A stretch of DNA of 64,000 bases from Candidatus Micrarchaeota archaeon (GCA_021797995.1 JAJZYR010000001.1:6114-70113), one strand, 5' to 3'. Counted from the first letter of the stretch, positions 1-9,663 are shown. Notes: generated by a model from the letters alone, not told the origin. Translations and numbers: made by a program.

Positions 1-1
1 T

Positions 2-742
2 TTCGGGTTCTCCGGAAGGGATATGATGATCAATTTCAGCGGCAACCGTGGCTACCATGTCCATGTGAACGACAAGTCGGTGCTTGCGCTGGACTCCGCG
101 GCAAGGAAGGAGATAACCGACTATATCTCAGGCAGGGGGGTGGAGATGGGGGAATTCTTCCCGACGTTAGGGATGCGCGGCAAGATGCTCAGGGGCCCGC
201 GCCATGCCGACAGGGGATGGGGAGGAAAGATGGCCAGGCAGTTCCTTGCTGACATGAATAACGGAATCGGTGCGCTCATGGCCCTTGGGATTGACAAACC
301 CACCGCAAGGATGATATACAGGAAGAGGGCGCTGATTGAACTCGGGATAAACAACGGAAACTGGGACATGGTCTACATAAAGGACAAGGCGGAGTTCTGG
401 AAGAGAATTCTCGAGAATCAGAGGGTAAAGCAGAGTGATAGGATAGACAAGAACGTGACAACCGACATATCGCACCTGATAAGGCTTCCCAATTCCATAC
501 ACGGGAGCACAGGGCTTGTGGCAAAGGCAGTGGGCTCGGTGGCGGATCTTGCAAGGTTTGATCCGATGAGGGATGCCATAGCATTCAAAGGGGAGGAGAT
601 GAGGATAAAGGCTGATACCGGATTCCCGCTGCTTATGAACGGGAGGAGCTTTGGGCCTTACGGAGGGGAGATAAAGGTGCCGGTGTACGTTGCACTTTAT
701 CTCTATCTCAAAGGGCATGCAAGGCTTCTTGGCCTTGCCTGA
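2..742 (+). CDS. priS: DNA primase small (catalytic) subunit PriS, C-terminal part; the 5' end lies outside the window
   Basis: The frame is open from the window edge. The translation GFSGRDMMINFSGNRGYHVHV matches the archaeo-eukaryotic primase SGxRGxHxH catalytic motif, and RLPNSIHGSTG follows downstream. Confidence 0.8.
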   Translation, partial: FGFSGRDMMINFSGNRGYHVHVNDKSVLALDSAARKEITDYISGRGVEMGEFFPTLGMRGKMLRGPRHADRGWGGKMARQFLADMNNGIGALMALGIDKPTARMIYRKRALIELGINNGNWDMVYIKDKAEFWKRILENQRVKQSDRIDKNVTTDISHLIRLPNSIHGSTGLVAKAVGSVADLARFDPMRDAIAFKGEEMRIKADTGFPLLMNGRSFGPYGGEIKVPVYVALYLYLKGHARLLGLA

Positions 743-890
743 TGCAGGGGCATGACAGGACCAGATACAGTGATGCTTTATGATATAGAACACGCGGAGC
801 TGGCGCTGCTGTTTCCAATTGGACTGCAGGGCATGAGCCTGCAGGCACCTTCTCGCAACCCTTTTATACATTCCTTCCCATTGCATAGTC

Positions 891-1517
891 ATGGATCTGC
901 TCTTGAGAGCGCTGGCACTTACAGTCATAATAGTTGTCGCGCTGGCTGCGGTATACTATGCCTTCCAGAGCGGGGTCTTCTCGCAGAAAGCGGTTACTGA
1001 ACAGCAGGCTGAGGCACTTGTGGTAAACTATCTGCAGAGCCATAACCCGAACGCCATAGTGAACGTAACAAATGTCACGCCTTCGCAGTATCGCGGGAGC
1101 TGGCATATCGTTGTGTCGTTCATAAGCAACCAGACAACACCGTGCCCAACATACCTTGTATATTCATATGACTACCCGAAGTACGGCTTTGTCAACAGGA
1201 CCGAAAATACGTATACGGACAACTGCACGGTAGCCGGTCTTGTGCCTGGGATGAACTATGCAATAGGTGCATATCCAATTGCAATAACCAGGTCCTACTC
1301 GCTTGGAACCCCGGCGGTAATGGCATACGTGGACAGGATTGGCTATGGCAATGTGGTGGTGCATGCCGATTACCACGCCGCTTTTTCGCTGGACGGCAGG
1401 AACCTTGCGAAGGTCTGGGTGGTGAACTACTCTTCAGTATATACTAACCAGTCAGTGTACTCGGTCATCTCACAGACCAACGGGAGCCTCGTCGCTGTGT
1501 ACAATGCCACGCGCTAA
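891..1517 (+). CDS. Membrane-anchored extracellular protein of unknown function
   Basis: It has an N-terminal hydrophobic helix (LALTVIIVVALAAVYYAF) and many N-x-S/T sequons (NVTNVT, NQTT, NRTENT, NYSS, NATR). I recognise no domain. Confidence 0.45.
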   Translation: MDLLLRALALTVIIVVALAAVYYAFQSGVFSQKAVTEQQAEALVVNYLQSHNPNAIVNVTNVTPSQYRGSWHIVVSFISNQTTPCPTYLVYSYDYPKYGFVNRTENTYTDNCTVAGLVPGMNYAIGAYPIAITRSYSLGTPAVMAYVDRIGYGNVVVHADYHAAFSLDGRNLAKVWVVNYSSVYTNQSVYSVISQTNGSLVAVYNATR

Positions 1518-1521
1518 GAGG

Positions 1522-2058
1522 TCAGAGTCTCTTCTCGAATACCAGCAGCTCGTGCTCCTTTCCGCCTATGGACACCAGCCTTTCCTCGCCGGCTGCCAGC
1601 GCATAGTTATTCTTTGAGAATAGACGCCTTGCGCCATCGTTCTCGGCGACCACCTCTGCAATTATCCTTTTAAGCCCGATGTGCCTGGCCTGCCCATATG
1701 CACACTCCATGAGCATAGTCGCTATTCCTTCCCTCTGTGCCTCCTTTTTCACTATTACCCCAAGGTAGCCGGTATCGTTGGTTATCTCAGCGATCTCGCA
1801 CTCTCCAAGTATGGCGCCATCACTGACCGCGACAATATCCACCACTTTGCCATCTGCCATGCCCATGAGCTTGTACTTGAACAGCATCCTGATATCGCGG
1901 CTGGTCGGCCGGCTCTCGAACCACATGGCCGTAGGATACTCGGCGTATATCTGGATTATGAACTCCGACAGGGCATCAAGATCGCCTGGCTTCAGGTCCC
2001 TGACTTCAATGGCGCCATACCGCACGTGAGCTGGCTTGGTTACCCCGCTTACTTCCAT
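1522..2058 (-). CDS. GNAT-family N-acetyltransferase
   Basis: The acetyl-CoA binding core pattern is present: GYLGVIVKKEAQREGIATMLMECAYGQARHIGLKRI...NDGARRLFSKNNY. Confidence 0.75.
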   Translation of the reverse strand: MEVSGVTKPAHVRYGAIEVRDLKPGDLDALSEFIIQIYAEYPTAMWFESRPTSRDIRMLFKYKLMGMADGKVVDIVAVSDGAILGECEIAEITNDTGYLGVIVKKEAQREGIATMLMECAYGQARHIGLKRIIAEVVAENDGARRLFSKNNYALAAGEERLVSIGGKEHELLVFEKRL

Positions 2059-2115
2059 AATCCCAACCTTAAGGCAAGGTTTTTAATCCTCGTTGTATAA
2101 AATACACTGTTCTCC

Positions 2116-2310
2116 ATGGGTATTACAAAGCTTACTGCTAGGAAAATACTTAAAGATGCCGGAGCGGTGAGAGTAAGCGACTCTGCGGCTGATGAGCTGT
2201 CGGAGATACTGAACAAGTCGGCATACGCAATGGCGGGCAAAGCGGTAAAGCTTGCTGCACATGCAAAGAGGCAGACGGTAAAGAAGGCAGATATAGAGCT
2301 TGCGAGGTAG
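2116..2310 (+). CDS. Archaeal histone (HMf-like histone fold)
   Basis: This 64-aa protein has the histone-fold pattern RVSDSAADELSEIL...AGKAVKLAAHAKRQTVKKADIELA. A/T-rich boxes at 2079-2103 lie just upstream. Confidence 0.8.
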   Translation: MGITKLTARKILKDAGAVRVSDSAADELSEILNKSAYAMAGKAVKLAAHAKRQTVKKADIELAR

Positions 2311-2321
2311 GCACGGCGAGA

Positions 2322-3014
2322 GTGGAGAGTGCTTTCATGTACAAACTGGTATTATTCGACGTGCCAAATCTGCTGCTGGCGGACAGCAAGGACGTTTCGG
2401 AGTACGTTTCAGAGTCCATAAGGAATATATACGGAAGGGTCGTACCAGTGGACCTCGGGAAGTATTGGGGGTGGACCTCGCAGGACATCGCAGAGGATGT
2501 TCTCCTTCAGAGCCACATGGACAACGACGAGATAAATGGAAAGCTGAAGAGGTACATGGAAGACCTCTATTATACATACTACAATGTCGCAGGCCATGAC
2601 AGGATAGTACTGCTTGCAGGCGCACGCGGGCTCCTTGCAGAACTCTGGAAGAGGAACGTGCAGCTGGGCATTGTCTCCGGGGAGGCGGAGAAGATAACGA
2701 GGTTCAAGGTGGAGAAGGCCGGCATACGCGGATTCTTCAAGACAGGCTATTTTGGGGAAGCCGGGAAGACGTACAGTGACATTATCGAGACTGCACTCAA
2801 GGGGATCGAGAGCGAACTCGGCATTGATAAGGACGGCATTCTCGTAGTCGCAGGCTCGGTGCGCCTGATACGCGATGCAAAGGAGGCCGGCCTGGCTGCG
2901 CTCGGAGTTGCCAACGTGAACTGCTCTGAGGCTGAGCTCCGGGCCGCGGGTGCCGACCTGACGGTGAAGAGCATCAAGGAGAGGAAACGGATCGCTGACT
3001 TTGCGACAGAATAG
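2322..3014 (+). CDS. HAD-superfamily hydrolase-like protein (Gph-like) with a degenerate motif I
   Basis: The layout is HAD-like (LVLFDVPNLL ... LGIVSGE ... VVAGSVRLIRDAKEAG). The usual DxDGT nucleophile motif reads DVPN. The start is probably the ATG at 2337 (MYKLVLFD). Confidence 0.55.
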   Translation: MESAFMYKLVLFDVPNLLLADSKDVSEYVSESIRNIYGRVVPVDLGKYWGWTSQDIAEDVLLQSHMDNDEINGKLKRYMEDLYYTYYNVAGHDRIVLLAGARGLLAELWKRNVQLGIVSGEAEKITRFKVEKAGIRGFFKTGYFGEAGKTYSDIIETALKGIESELGIDKDGILVVAGSVRLIRDAKEAGLAALGVANVNCSEAELRAAGADLTVKSIKERKRIADFATE

Positions 3015-3060
3015 CGGCAGATCCCATTGCTGCCGGATTCCGGGTTTACGCGCAGCCTTC

Positions 3061-3819
3061 TCAGTCTTCCCTCCATTTGGACTTCCTTATTGCAAGGAAG
3101 GCCATTACCGCAGCTATGGCCACTATTACCAGCCAGTCAACGGCTATGCTGTAACTGCTGAACGTCACCGCACCTATCGCATTCTGCAGTATCTCCGCCG
3201 CGTAAGTCGCTGGGGAGAGATATGCCAGGTACTGCAGCGGCTGCGGTATGTAGCTTATAGGATAGTATACCGGGGGGAGCGCCGATAGCACTGTCGAGAC
3301 TATCCCGGCAAACGCCCAGCTCTGGACAACGTCAGACGTAAAAGTGGAGAGCAGGAAACCGAGGGACACGGAGAAGACGAACATCACAGCAAGCACGGCC
3401 ACTATCTCGAGGAATGCAATCGCCGGCGCACTTATGTACAGGCCTGCGAGCGCGGCGAGAACGAGAAGCGCGGGAAGGGAGTATATGATCTCCGATGCCG
3501 CCATGCCTGCAAGGTACATGCGTGCCGTAGTGGGCGAGCTCACTATCATATCCTGCAGCTTGAAGTCGTTCTTCAGATGCGAGAGATCCTGCTGCAGGCT
3601 TGTCCCTGCCCCTATAATTGTCATTATCAGGGCACCGCCTATGGCTATCGGAAGGAGCGCGCCATGGCTGACAAATGTTATCACGATAAGCAGCGAGAAG
3701 GGCGCTAGGAGCGTGCTTATTAGCACGATCGGATAATTGACCATTGCGTATATCGCATTTACCAGTATCGAAGCCAGTATCTGGCTACCGCGATTCCTCT
3801 TTTCCATAATCATCAGCAT
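3061..3819 (-). CDS. ABC-2 type transporter permease
   Basis: It is a polytopic membrane protein of about 6 hydrophobic segments. It lies immediately downstream of, and overlaps, the ABC ATPase gene. Confidence 0.7.
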   Translation of the reverse strand: MLMIMEKRNRGSQILASILVNAIYAMVNYPIVLISTLLAPFSLLIVITFVSHGALLPIAIGGALIMTIIGAGTSLQQDLSHLKNDFKLQDMIVSSPTTARMYLAGMAASEIIYSLPALLVLAALAGLYISAPAIAFLEIVAVLAVMFVFSVSLGFLLSTFTSDVVQSWAFAGIVSTVLSALPPVYYPISYIPQPLQYLAYLSPATYAAEILQNAIGAVTFSSYSIAVDWLVIVAIAAVMAFLAIRKSKWRED

Positions 3820-4711
3820 CTATCGGCTTCTTTACTATGTAGTAAAAGATGTCATCGAGTGTGAGCGGGTTCATTGAAAATTTTATGCCCCTCTTTATCA
3901 GCTTCTTGGATATTCTGTACGCCTCTGACTCCGTGGTAGATATCTGGTAGTGGCCATCTGCGCCTCTTGTAAGGGTTCCGCTCACAGGCCTTGCCACAGC
4001 TCCGTCGGAGAGGGTCCTGATTATGTAATGGCGCTTTACCATCTTCCTCAGCTCTGCCATCGTCCCAATCGCCTTCAGCCTTCCTCCATCCAATATGCCT
4101 ATCTTGTCCGCCAGATACTCTGCCTCCTCGAGGTAATGCGTAGTGAGGAAGATGAAATGCTTTCCCTTTAGCGACATTAGGATGTCCCACAGCTCCTTTC
4201 TCGAGATCGGATCCAGGCCAGTTGTCGGCTCATCAAGGAAGAGTATCCTTGCACCGGATGCGACCGCGCTTGCAACAAGTACCTTCCTCTTATTCCCTCC
4301 GGAAAGCATCCTGTTAGGAAGGTCCATCGACCCGACTATGCCAAGCTGCTTTGCCGCCCTGGAAGCCTTCTCCACGGCCTCAGAATAGCCGAAGCCGCGC
4401 CAGAGCAGGTAAGAGACCATTGACTGCCTCGCCGTCAGCCATCCGACGGCCCTTGCTTCCTGCGGCACGCTTGCTATCCTTTCCCTGAGTTTCTGGGCCT
4501 GACGGAGCACGTCGATTCCGTCTATATGGGCAGAACCCGAGGTGGCCGACAGCTGCGTCGCAAGTATCCTGACGAGCGTTGTCTTGCCGGCCCCGTTCCT
4601 CCCTATCAGCGCGAATATCCCGCTTGCCGGTATCGACAGGCTTATGTCTCTGAGCGCATATGCGCCGCGGCCATATCGCTTTGCTATCCTGCTGCATTCC
4701 AGTCTCTCCAT
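3785..4711 (-). CDS. ABC transporter ATP-binding protein
   Basis: Walker A (GRNGAGKTT), ABC signature (LSGGNKRK) and Walker B (ILFLDEPTTGLD) are all present. Confidence 0.9.
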   Translation of the reverse strand: MERLECSRIAKRYGRGAYALRDISLSIPASGIFALIGRNGAGKTTLVRILATQLSATSGSAHIDGIDVLRQAQKLRERIASVPQEARAVGWLTARQSMVSYLLWRGFGYSEAVEKASRAAKQLGIVGSMDLPNRMLSGGNKRKVLVASAVASGARILFLDEPTTGLDPISRKELWDILMSLKGKHFIFLTTHYLEEAEYLADKIGILDGGRLKAIGTMAELRKMVKRHYIIRTLSDGAVARPVSGTLTRGADGHYQISTTESEAYRISKKLIKRGIKFSMNPLTLDDIFYYIVKKPIDADDYGKEESR

Positions 4712-4979
4712 GCCCTCAGCATAATATGCCTGCAGGGCTTATTTATCTATATGGGTCAGCCGTCCTTCCATGAATAGATTCACAGGGCAGGCAAGAGCAG
4801 GCACCACCACTTTCCGTAAATACCGGGGGCCTGTGCGCCGGCTTTTGACCCTTCATCGCCTGTGCCGATCCCCATCTTCTCAAGCTTTATATATCTTTTG
4901 CACTCATACCTTACTGCCAAATAGGCTGCTTATACGCGGGTGCACGTGCATTCCTCTTCTGTTTGCCTAATTGATTACC

Positions 4980-5282
4980 ATGAGTGACCTTACCAACGAT
5001 CTGAGATTAGCCATTGACACGGGAAAGGTGAGCTTCGGCAACAGGAGCGTCTCAAGGCTCATAAGCACAAACAGCGCAAAGGCCGTTGTTGTCGCGATAA
5101 AGGGAAAGAAGGAGATTATTGACGACCTAACGCACATATGCGGTGTGGCCGGGATGAAGGTAATAAGGTTCAATGGCAACTCCCTTGAGCTCGGGGCGGC
5201 ATGCGGAAGGCCCTTCTCTGTCAACAGCCTTGCCATAATAGAATCTGGAAACTCTAAGATACTTGATGCGGAATATGCTTGA
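4980..5282 (+). CDS. rpl30e: 50S ribosomal protein L30e
   Basis: MSDLTNDLRLAIDTGKVSFG...LELGAACGRPFSVNSLAIIESGNS is the typical L30e pattern. The track ORF starts at TTG 4971, but ATG 4980 fits the family N-terminus better. Confidence 0.85.
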   Translation: MSDLTNDLRLAIDTGKVSFGNRSVSRLISTNSAKAVVVAIKGKKEIIDDLTHICGVAGMKVIRFNGNSLELGAACGRPFSVNSLAIIESGNSKILDAEYA

Positions 5283-5722
5283 CTGGTGACTATTTGCCGA
5301 AGGGAGAATTTGCAGCAAGGGAGCTCATAAAGAAAAGGAAGAAGCACCGCATGCTTAACAAGTGGTGGAAGAGGAAATATTTCAAGATAAAGAAGAGGTA
5401 CGACCCTGTGGGAACCGTGCCGATGGCAAAGGCCCTTGTGCTGCAGAAGTTCGTGCTCCAGCAGAAGCAGCCGCACTCTGGGCTCATAAAGTGCGTCAGG
5501 GTGCAGGTGGTGAAGAACGGGAAGATTGTAGGGGCATACGTCCCATATGACGGCTCGATCAATTTCATAGAGGAACATGACGAGGTCACGATACAGGGCA
5601 TGGGAGGCTCGCAGAGAGGCGCCATGGGTTCCATACCAGGACTGCGCTTCAGGGTAATCGCAATAAACGGCGCTGACATATTCGAGGTTGTCAAGGGCAG
5701 GAAGGAGAAGCCAAAGAGATGA
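5279..5722 (+). CDS. rps12: 30S ribosomal protein S12 (uS12)
   Basis: GEFAARELIKKRKKHR...QPHSGLIKCVRVQVVKNGK...GSIPGLRFRV matches S12. The TTG start overlaps the L30e TGA stop (TTGA). Confidence 0.9.
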   Translation: MTGDYLPKGEFAARELIKKRKKHRMLNKWWKRKYFKIKKRYDPVGTVPMAKALVLQKFVLQQKQPHSGLIKCVRVQVVKNGKIVGAYVPYDGSINFIEEHDEVTIQGMGGSQRGAMGSIPGLRFRVIAINGADIFEVVKGRKEKPKR

Positions 5723-6573
5723 TCATCATGACAGAGCAGGCACCTGAAGTACATGCACCCGCTGGGCAGGCATCCGAAGCACAGGGAGAGGAGAAGGTGG
5801 CAGAGACACCCAAACCAAAGCGGAGCACGAGAAGGAAGGCAGTTGCTGTGCAGAATGCACAGCCCGCCGGAGCTGTGGCTGGTGAGGTCTCAGCATCCGA
5901 GGAAACAGCGGCACTCATGACGTTAAAGAAGGAGCATAATCAAAAAGCAGCAGAGCGCTACAGCGTGGTCGAGCAGCTCGTGTTCGGGAAATACAATCCG
6001 AAGGAGGTCGAGATAATAGACGGCAGCATTGCAGCATACGTGAACCTCGGCTCGTACATATACCCGAACATCTACGGAAGGAGGAAGTTCCTCGCCTACT
6101 ATACATCACACATAAGCGTCGTTGAGAGGCTGATAAACAAGCTCATGAGGGGAGGCACCGGGAAGAAGATTGGCGGGAAGGTGATAAGAACCAAGGGGAG
6201 GCTCCAGGGAAAGAAGATCAAGGTGACGCACGTCGTCGAGAAAGCCTTCGGAATCGTAAACAGGCAGACTGGGAAGAACCCGCTTCAGATACTTATTAAT
6301 GCACTCCAGAACTCCGCCCCCATAGAGGACACCACAAGGGTCAGATACGGCGGCATAAGCTACAACATCGCTGTGGGAATAAGCGCTCAGAGGAGGATCA
6401 ACGTAGCACTAAAGAACATCGCGCTTGCCGCCCTGATAGGCGCATTCAGGAACAGGAGGCCGCTTGCAGAGGCTCTCGCCAACGAACTCATGCTTGCAGC
6501 AAACAACAGCCCTGACAGCTATGCCATAAAGAAGAGGGTTGAGGGAGAGCGCATAGCAAAGAGGGCGAGGTGA
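5719..6573 (+). CDS. rps7: 30S ribosomal protein S7 (uS7) with a long low-complexity N-terminal extension
   Basis: The C-terminal ~200 aa is S7-like (LINKLMRGG...KKIKVTHVVEKAF...NPLQILINALQNSAPIEDTTRVRYGG). The first ~80 aa are A/E/Q/P-rich. Confidence 0.9.
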   Translation: MIIMTEQAPEVHAPAGQASEAQGEEKVAETPKPKRSTRRKAVAVQNAQPAGAVAGEVSASEETAALMTLKKEHNQKAAERYSVVEQLVFGKYNPKEVEIIDGSIAAYVNLGSYIYPNIYGRRKFLAYYTSHISVVERLINKLMRGGTGKKIGGKVIRTKGRLQGKKIKVTHVVEKAFGIVNRQTGKNPLQILINALQNSAPIEDTTRVRYGGISYNIAVGISAQRRINVALKNIALAALIGAFRNRRPLAEALANELMLAANNSPDSYAIKKRVEGERIAKRAR

Positions 6574-6577
6574 CTGC

Positions 6578-8770
6578 ATGGTAAGGAAGGAGCTCGTGGT
6601 AGAGGAAGCAGCAAGGATCATGAACTCAGCAGGGCATATAAGGAACGTGGCGATCATTGCGCATGTGCACCATGGAAAGACGACGCTCACAGATTCGCTC
6701 CTTGCACGTGCCGGCATCATATCCAAGACCGTGGCAGGGGATGCGCTCTACACAAACTATGAGGCCATCGAGAAGGACAGGAGGATGACCATAAAGTCCG
6801 CGAACATCTCCCTGGGCTTCGACTACAACGGCGAGGATTACATAATAAACCTTATCGACACGCCAGGGCACGTGGACTTCGGAGGCCACGTCACGAGATC
6901 AATGAGGGCGGTGGACGGCGTTGTGCTAGTGGTTGATCCTGTCGAGGGGATCATGCCGCAGACAGAGACGGTGCTCAGGCAGGCGCTGCAGGAGAGGGCG
7001 AAGCCAGTCCTGTTCGTAAACAAGACAGACAGGCTCCTGAACGAGCTCAAGCTCACGCCTGAGCAGGCCTTCGAGAGGCTGCTAAGGCTCATCAACGACA
7101 TAAACAAGCTCATAATAAGGTTTGCGCCGGAGGAGTTCGCAAAGAAATGGCAGGTGAGCGTCGAAGCGGGCAGCATCTGCTTCGGGAGCGCCTACAAGAA
7201 GTGGGCGATCTCAAAGAGAATCATGGAAAGGTACAAGGTAACGTTCAAGGACATATGGGACCTGTCGGCAAAGAACGACGAGAAGAGGCTCCAGGAGGTG
7301 GCCCCGATAGACGAGGCGGTGCTCTCGATGATAATAGAGCACATGCCAGATCCGGCAGCAGCGCAGCACTACAGGATACCTCACCTCTGGCACGGGGACC
7401 TTAACAGCACGGATGGAAAGTCGATGCTGGCTGTGGACAGGAACGGCCCGGTGTGCATGATAATCTTCGGGATAAACTATGACCAGCACAGCGGCGAAGT
7501 GGCGATAGGCAGGGTCTTCTCCGGCACGGTGAAGAAAGGAGTAGAAGTATACAGCACGGGGGTGAATGAGGTGCAGAAGATCCAGACGGTAAGCCTGTAC
7601 ATGGGCCCCGACAAGGTGGCTATAGATGCCGTGCCAGCGGGAAACATAGCCGCAATAGTGGGTCTTAAGAACGCTTCCATAGGGGACACTGTAAGCGAGA
7701 ATAACATAGAGCCGTTTGAGCAGATAAAGCATTACTCGCAGCCGGTTGTTACAAAGGCGATAGAGGCAAAGGATACGAGGGATATGGCCAGGCTCATAGA
7801 GGCATTAAGGGAGCTCACAAAGGGCGACCAGACGATAGTCACTGAGCTGAATCCCGAGACAGGGGAGCATCTCGTAAGCGGCATGGGCGAGCTGCATCTC
7901 GAGATCATCGAGACGAAGATAAGGGACGACTTCAAGGTGCCGATAACAACGAGTGAGCCCATAGTGGTGTACAGGGAAACTATCGAGAGGGGCGTGGAGG
8001 ACGTCGAAGGCAAGTCTCCAAACAAGCATACGCGCTTCTACATCAACGTTGAGCCGCTGGAGCCCGGCGTCGTGGAGCTGATAGAGAGCGGGGAGCTGCG
8101 GGAGGGCAAGCCCAAGGGCAAGGCGCACGTGGAGCCGCTGATAAAGGCGGGGCTGACCAGGGAGGAGGCAAAGGGGCTCGTCGACATATCTACAAGATGC
8201 GTGCTCATTGACGCAACGAAGGGGGTGCAGTACCTCAACGAGGTGATGGAGCTCCTCATAGAGGGTTTCGAGGAGGCGGTGAAGGACGGACCGCTTGCAC
8301 GCGAGAAGTGCTCCGGGATAAAGGTTTCGATTACCGATGCCACGATCCACGAGGATCCGGTCCACAGGGGCCCGGCGCAGATAATACCTGCGATTCGCAG
8401 GCCGATATATGCAGGCATGCTCAGTGCAGGAGTGGTGCTCATGGAACCTAAGCAGAAATTCACGATCAACATAGGCCAGGAGCACCTCTCCGACGTCATA
8501 TCATTCATCCAGGGGAAGAGGGGCGTGATCCAGGACATACAGCAGGAGAATGAGAATGTCACGATAATCGCGAAGCTGCCGGTGGCCGAGGTCATAAAGG
8601 GCTTCTCCAACGAGATAAGGGGGCTGACGCAGGGAAAGGCGATATGGTATCCCGAGTATGCGGGGTATGAGAAACTGAACAGGGAGCTGCAGGACAAGGT
8701 GGTAAAAGAGATAAGGAAGAGGAAGGGAGTGCCAGAGAATCCGCCTACTCCCGAGTCATTCCTTGATTAG
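6578..8770 (+). CDS. fusA: Translation elongation factor 2 (aEF-2)
   Basis: G1 motif AHVHHGKTTLTDSLL and G3 motif DTPGHVDF are present, along with the diphthamide-site context HEDPVHRGPAQ. The 730-aa length is typical. Confidence 0.95.
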   Translation: MVRKELVVEEAARIMNSAGHIRNVAIIAHVHHGKTTLTDSLLARAGIISKTVAGDALYTNYEAIEKDRRMTIKSANISLGFDYNGEDYIINLIDTPGHVDFGGHVTRSMRAVDGVVLVVDPVEGIMPQTETVLRQALQERAKPVLFVNKTDRLLNELKLTPEQAFERLLRLINDINKLIIRFAPEEFAKKWQVSVEAGSICFGSAYKKWAISKRIMERYKVTFKDIWDLSAKNDEKRLQEVAPIDEAVLSMIIEHMPDPAAAQHYRIPHLWHGDLNSTDGKSMLAVDRNGPVCMIIFGINYDQHSGEVAIGRVFSGTVKKGVEVYSTGVNEVQKIQTVSLYMGPDKVAIDAVPAGNIAAIVGLKNASIGDTVSENNIEPFEQIKHYSQPVVTKAIEAKDTRDMARLIEALRELTKGDQTIVTELNPETGEHLVSGMGELHLEIIETKIRDDFKVPITTSEPIVVYRETIERGVEDVEGKSPNKHTRFYINVEPLEPGVVELIESGELREGKPKGKAHVEPLIKAGLTREEAKGLVDISTRCVLIDATKGVQYLNEVMELLIEGFEEAVKDGPLAREKCSGIKVSITDATIHEDPVHRGPAQIIPAIRRPIYAGMLSAGVVLMEPKQKFTINIGQEHLSDVISFIQGKRGVIQDIQQENENVTIIAKLPVAEVIKGFSNEIRGLTQGKAIWYPEYAGYEKLNRELQDKVVKEIRKRKGVPENPPTPESFLD

Positions 8771-8928
8771 CCGGCCGCGTTTTCCGATGCGCTACTTCAG
8801 CCGACTTCAACATCCTTCTGATGCGGCACAGACCTGAAGGTATTTAAGTTTATCTGAGCAATATATCTGTCTACTAACCGCTAGGTTAGCGCAACTAATT
8901 GTTGCACCAATGAGATGAGGTGTTGTAA

Positions 8929-9423
8929 ATGGCAAAGGCATATGTGAAATTCGAGACGAACAAGGACGTGGCTGCAAGGATATCGGAGGTACTGGGGCTG
9001 GCAAAACAGAGCGGGACGGTACGGAAGGGTGCAAACGAGGTAACAAAGAGCGTGGAGCGCGGCCTTGCCAATTTCGTGGTGATTGCCGAGGATGTCGACC
9101 CGGAGGAGGTGGTAATGCATATACCCACCCTCTGCGAGCAGAAGAAGATCGCATACGGCTATCTTCCTACAAAACTTGAGCTTGGGAAGGCGATCGGGAT
9201 AAACGTCCCGTGCGCCGCTGCCTCGATAGAAAAACCTGGAGGGTCGGAGCACATGATGAAGGAAGTGATCTCGAAGATAACAGGGAGGAGCACCGGCGAG
9301 GAGAGGCCTGCGCAGGCACCTAAGGAGCAAAAACAGCAGGAACAGAAGCAGGCGCCAAAGCCGAAAAAGGAGGCGGCTCCCGCTGCGCCTAAGGCGGAGA
9401 AGAAGAATGCACCGCAAGCGTGA
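8929..9423 (+). CDS. rpl7ae: 50S ribosomal protein L7Ae with a K/E/Q/P/A-rich C-terminal tail
   Basis: VRKGANEVTKSVERGLANFVVIAEDVDPEEVVMHIPTLCEQKKIAYGY is the canonical L7Ae core. The last ~45 aa are low complexity. Confidence 0.9.
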   Translation: MAKAYVKFETNKDVAARISEVLGLAKQSGTVRKGANEVTKSVERGLANFVVIAEDVDPEEVVMHIPTLCEQKKIAYGYLPTKLELGKAIGINVPCAAASIEKPGGSEHMMKEVISKITGRSTGEERPAQAPKEQKQQEQKQAPKPKKEAAPAAPKAEKKNAPQA

Positions 9424-9653
9424 TCTTTATGGCTGAAGAGAAGAGGCTCGAAGGATGGCTGGCCGAAGTGGTGGACCTCGCGCCTAAAAGGACCGGCATC
9501 TATGGCGAGATTAAGCAGGTAATGTGCAAAATCCTCGAGGGAAACGACAAGGGCAGGGTCATAAGGAGGAATATCGCCGGCAGGGTCAAGAAGGGCGACT
9601 ACATAAGGCTGAACGATACGAACAGGGAGGACAAGCCGATAAGGTCGAGATAA
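9420..9653 (+). CDS. rps28e: 30S ribosomal protein S28e
   Basis: GRVIRRNIAGRVKKGDYIRLNDTNRE is the S28e pattern. Either GTG 9420 (a GTGA overlap with the L7Ae stop) or ATG 9429 could be the start. Confidence 0.85.
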   Translation: MIFMAEEKRLEGWLAEVVDLAPKRTGIYGEIKQVMCKILEGNDKGRVIRRNIAGRVKKGDYIRLNDTNREDKPIRSR

Positions 9654-9663
9654 GCTGTTTGCT

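Noticed and set aside
167-928. Long ORFs antisense to real genes. Examples are 167-928, 4967-5578, 7805-8485, 8038-8697, 30686-31558, 47660-48433 and 56657-57226.
   Set aside because: Each is antisense to, or out of frame with, a gene carrying strong family motifs. Their translations are low-complexity (S/P/R/L-rich) and have no recognisable domains.
4712-4979. A 260-nt gap upstream of L30e, searched for a missed small gene or an L30e K-turn autoregulatory site.
   Set aside because: Only a 32-codon ORF with an implausible sequence was found. A TATA-like box (tttatatat near 4886) is present, but I could not define a convincing K-turn.
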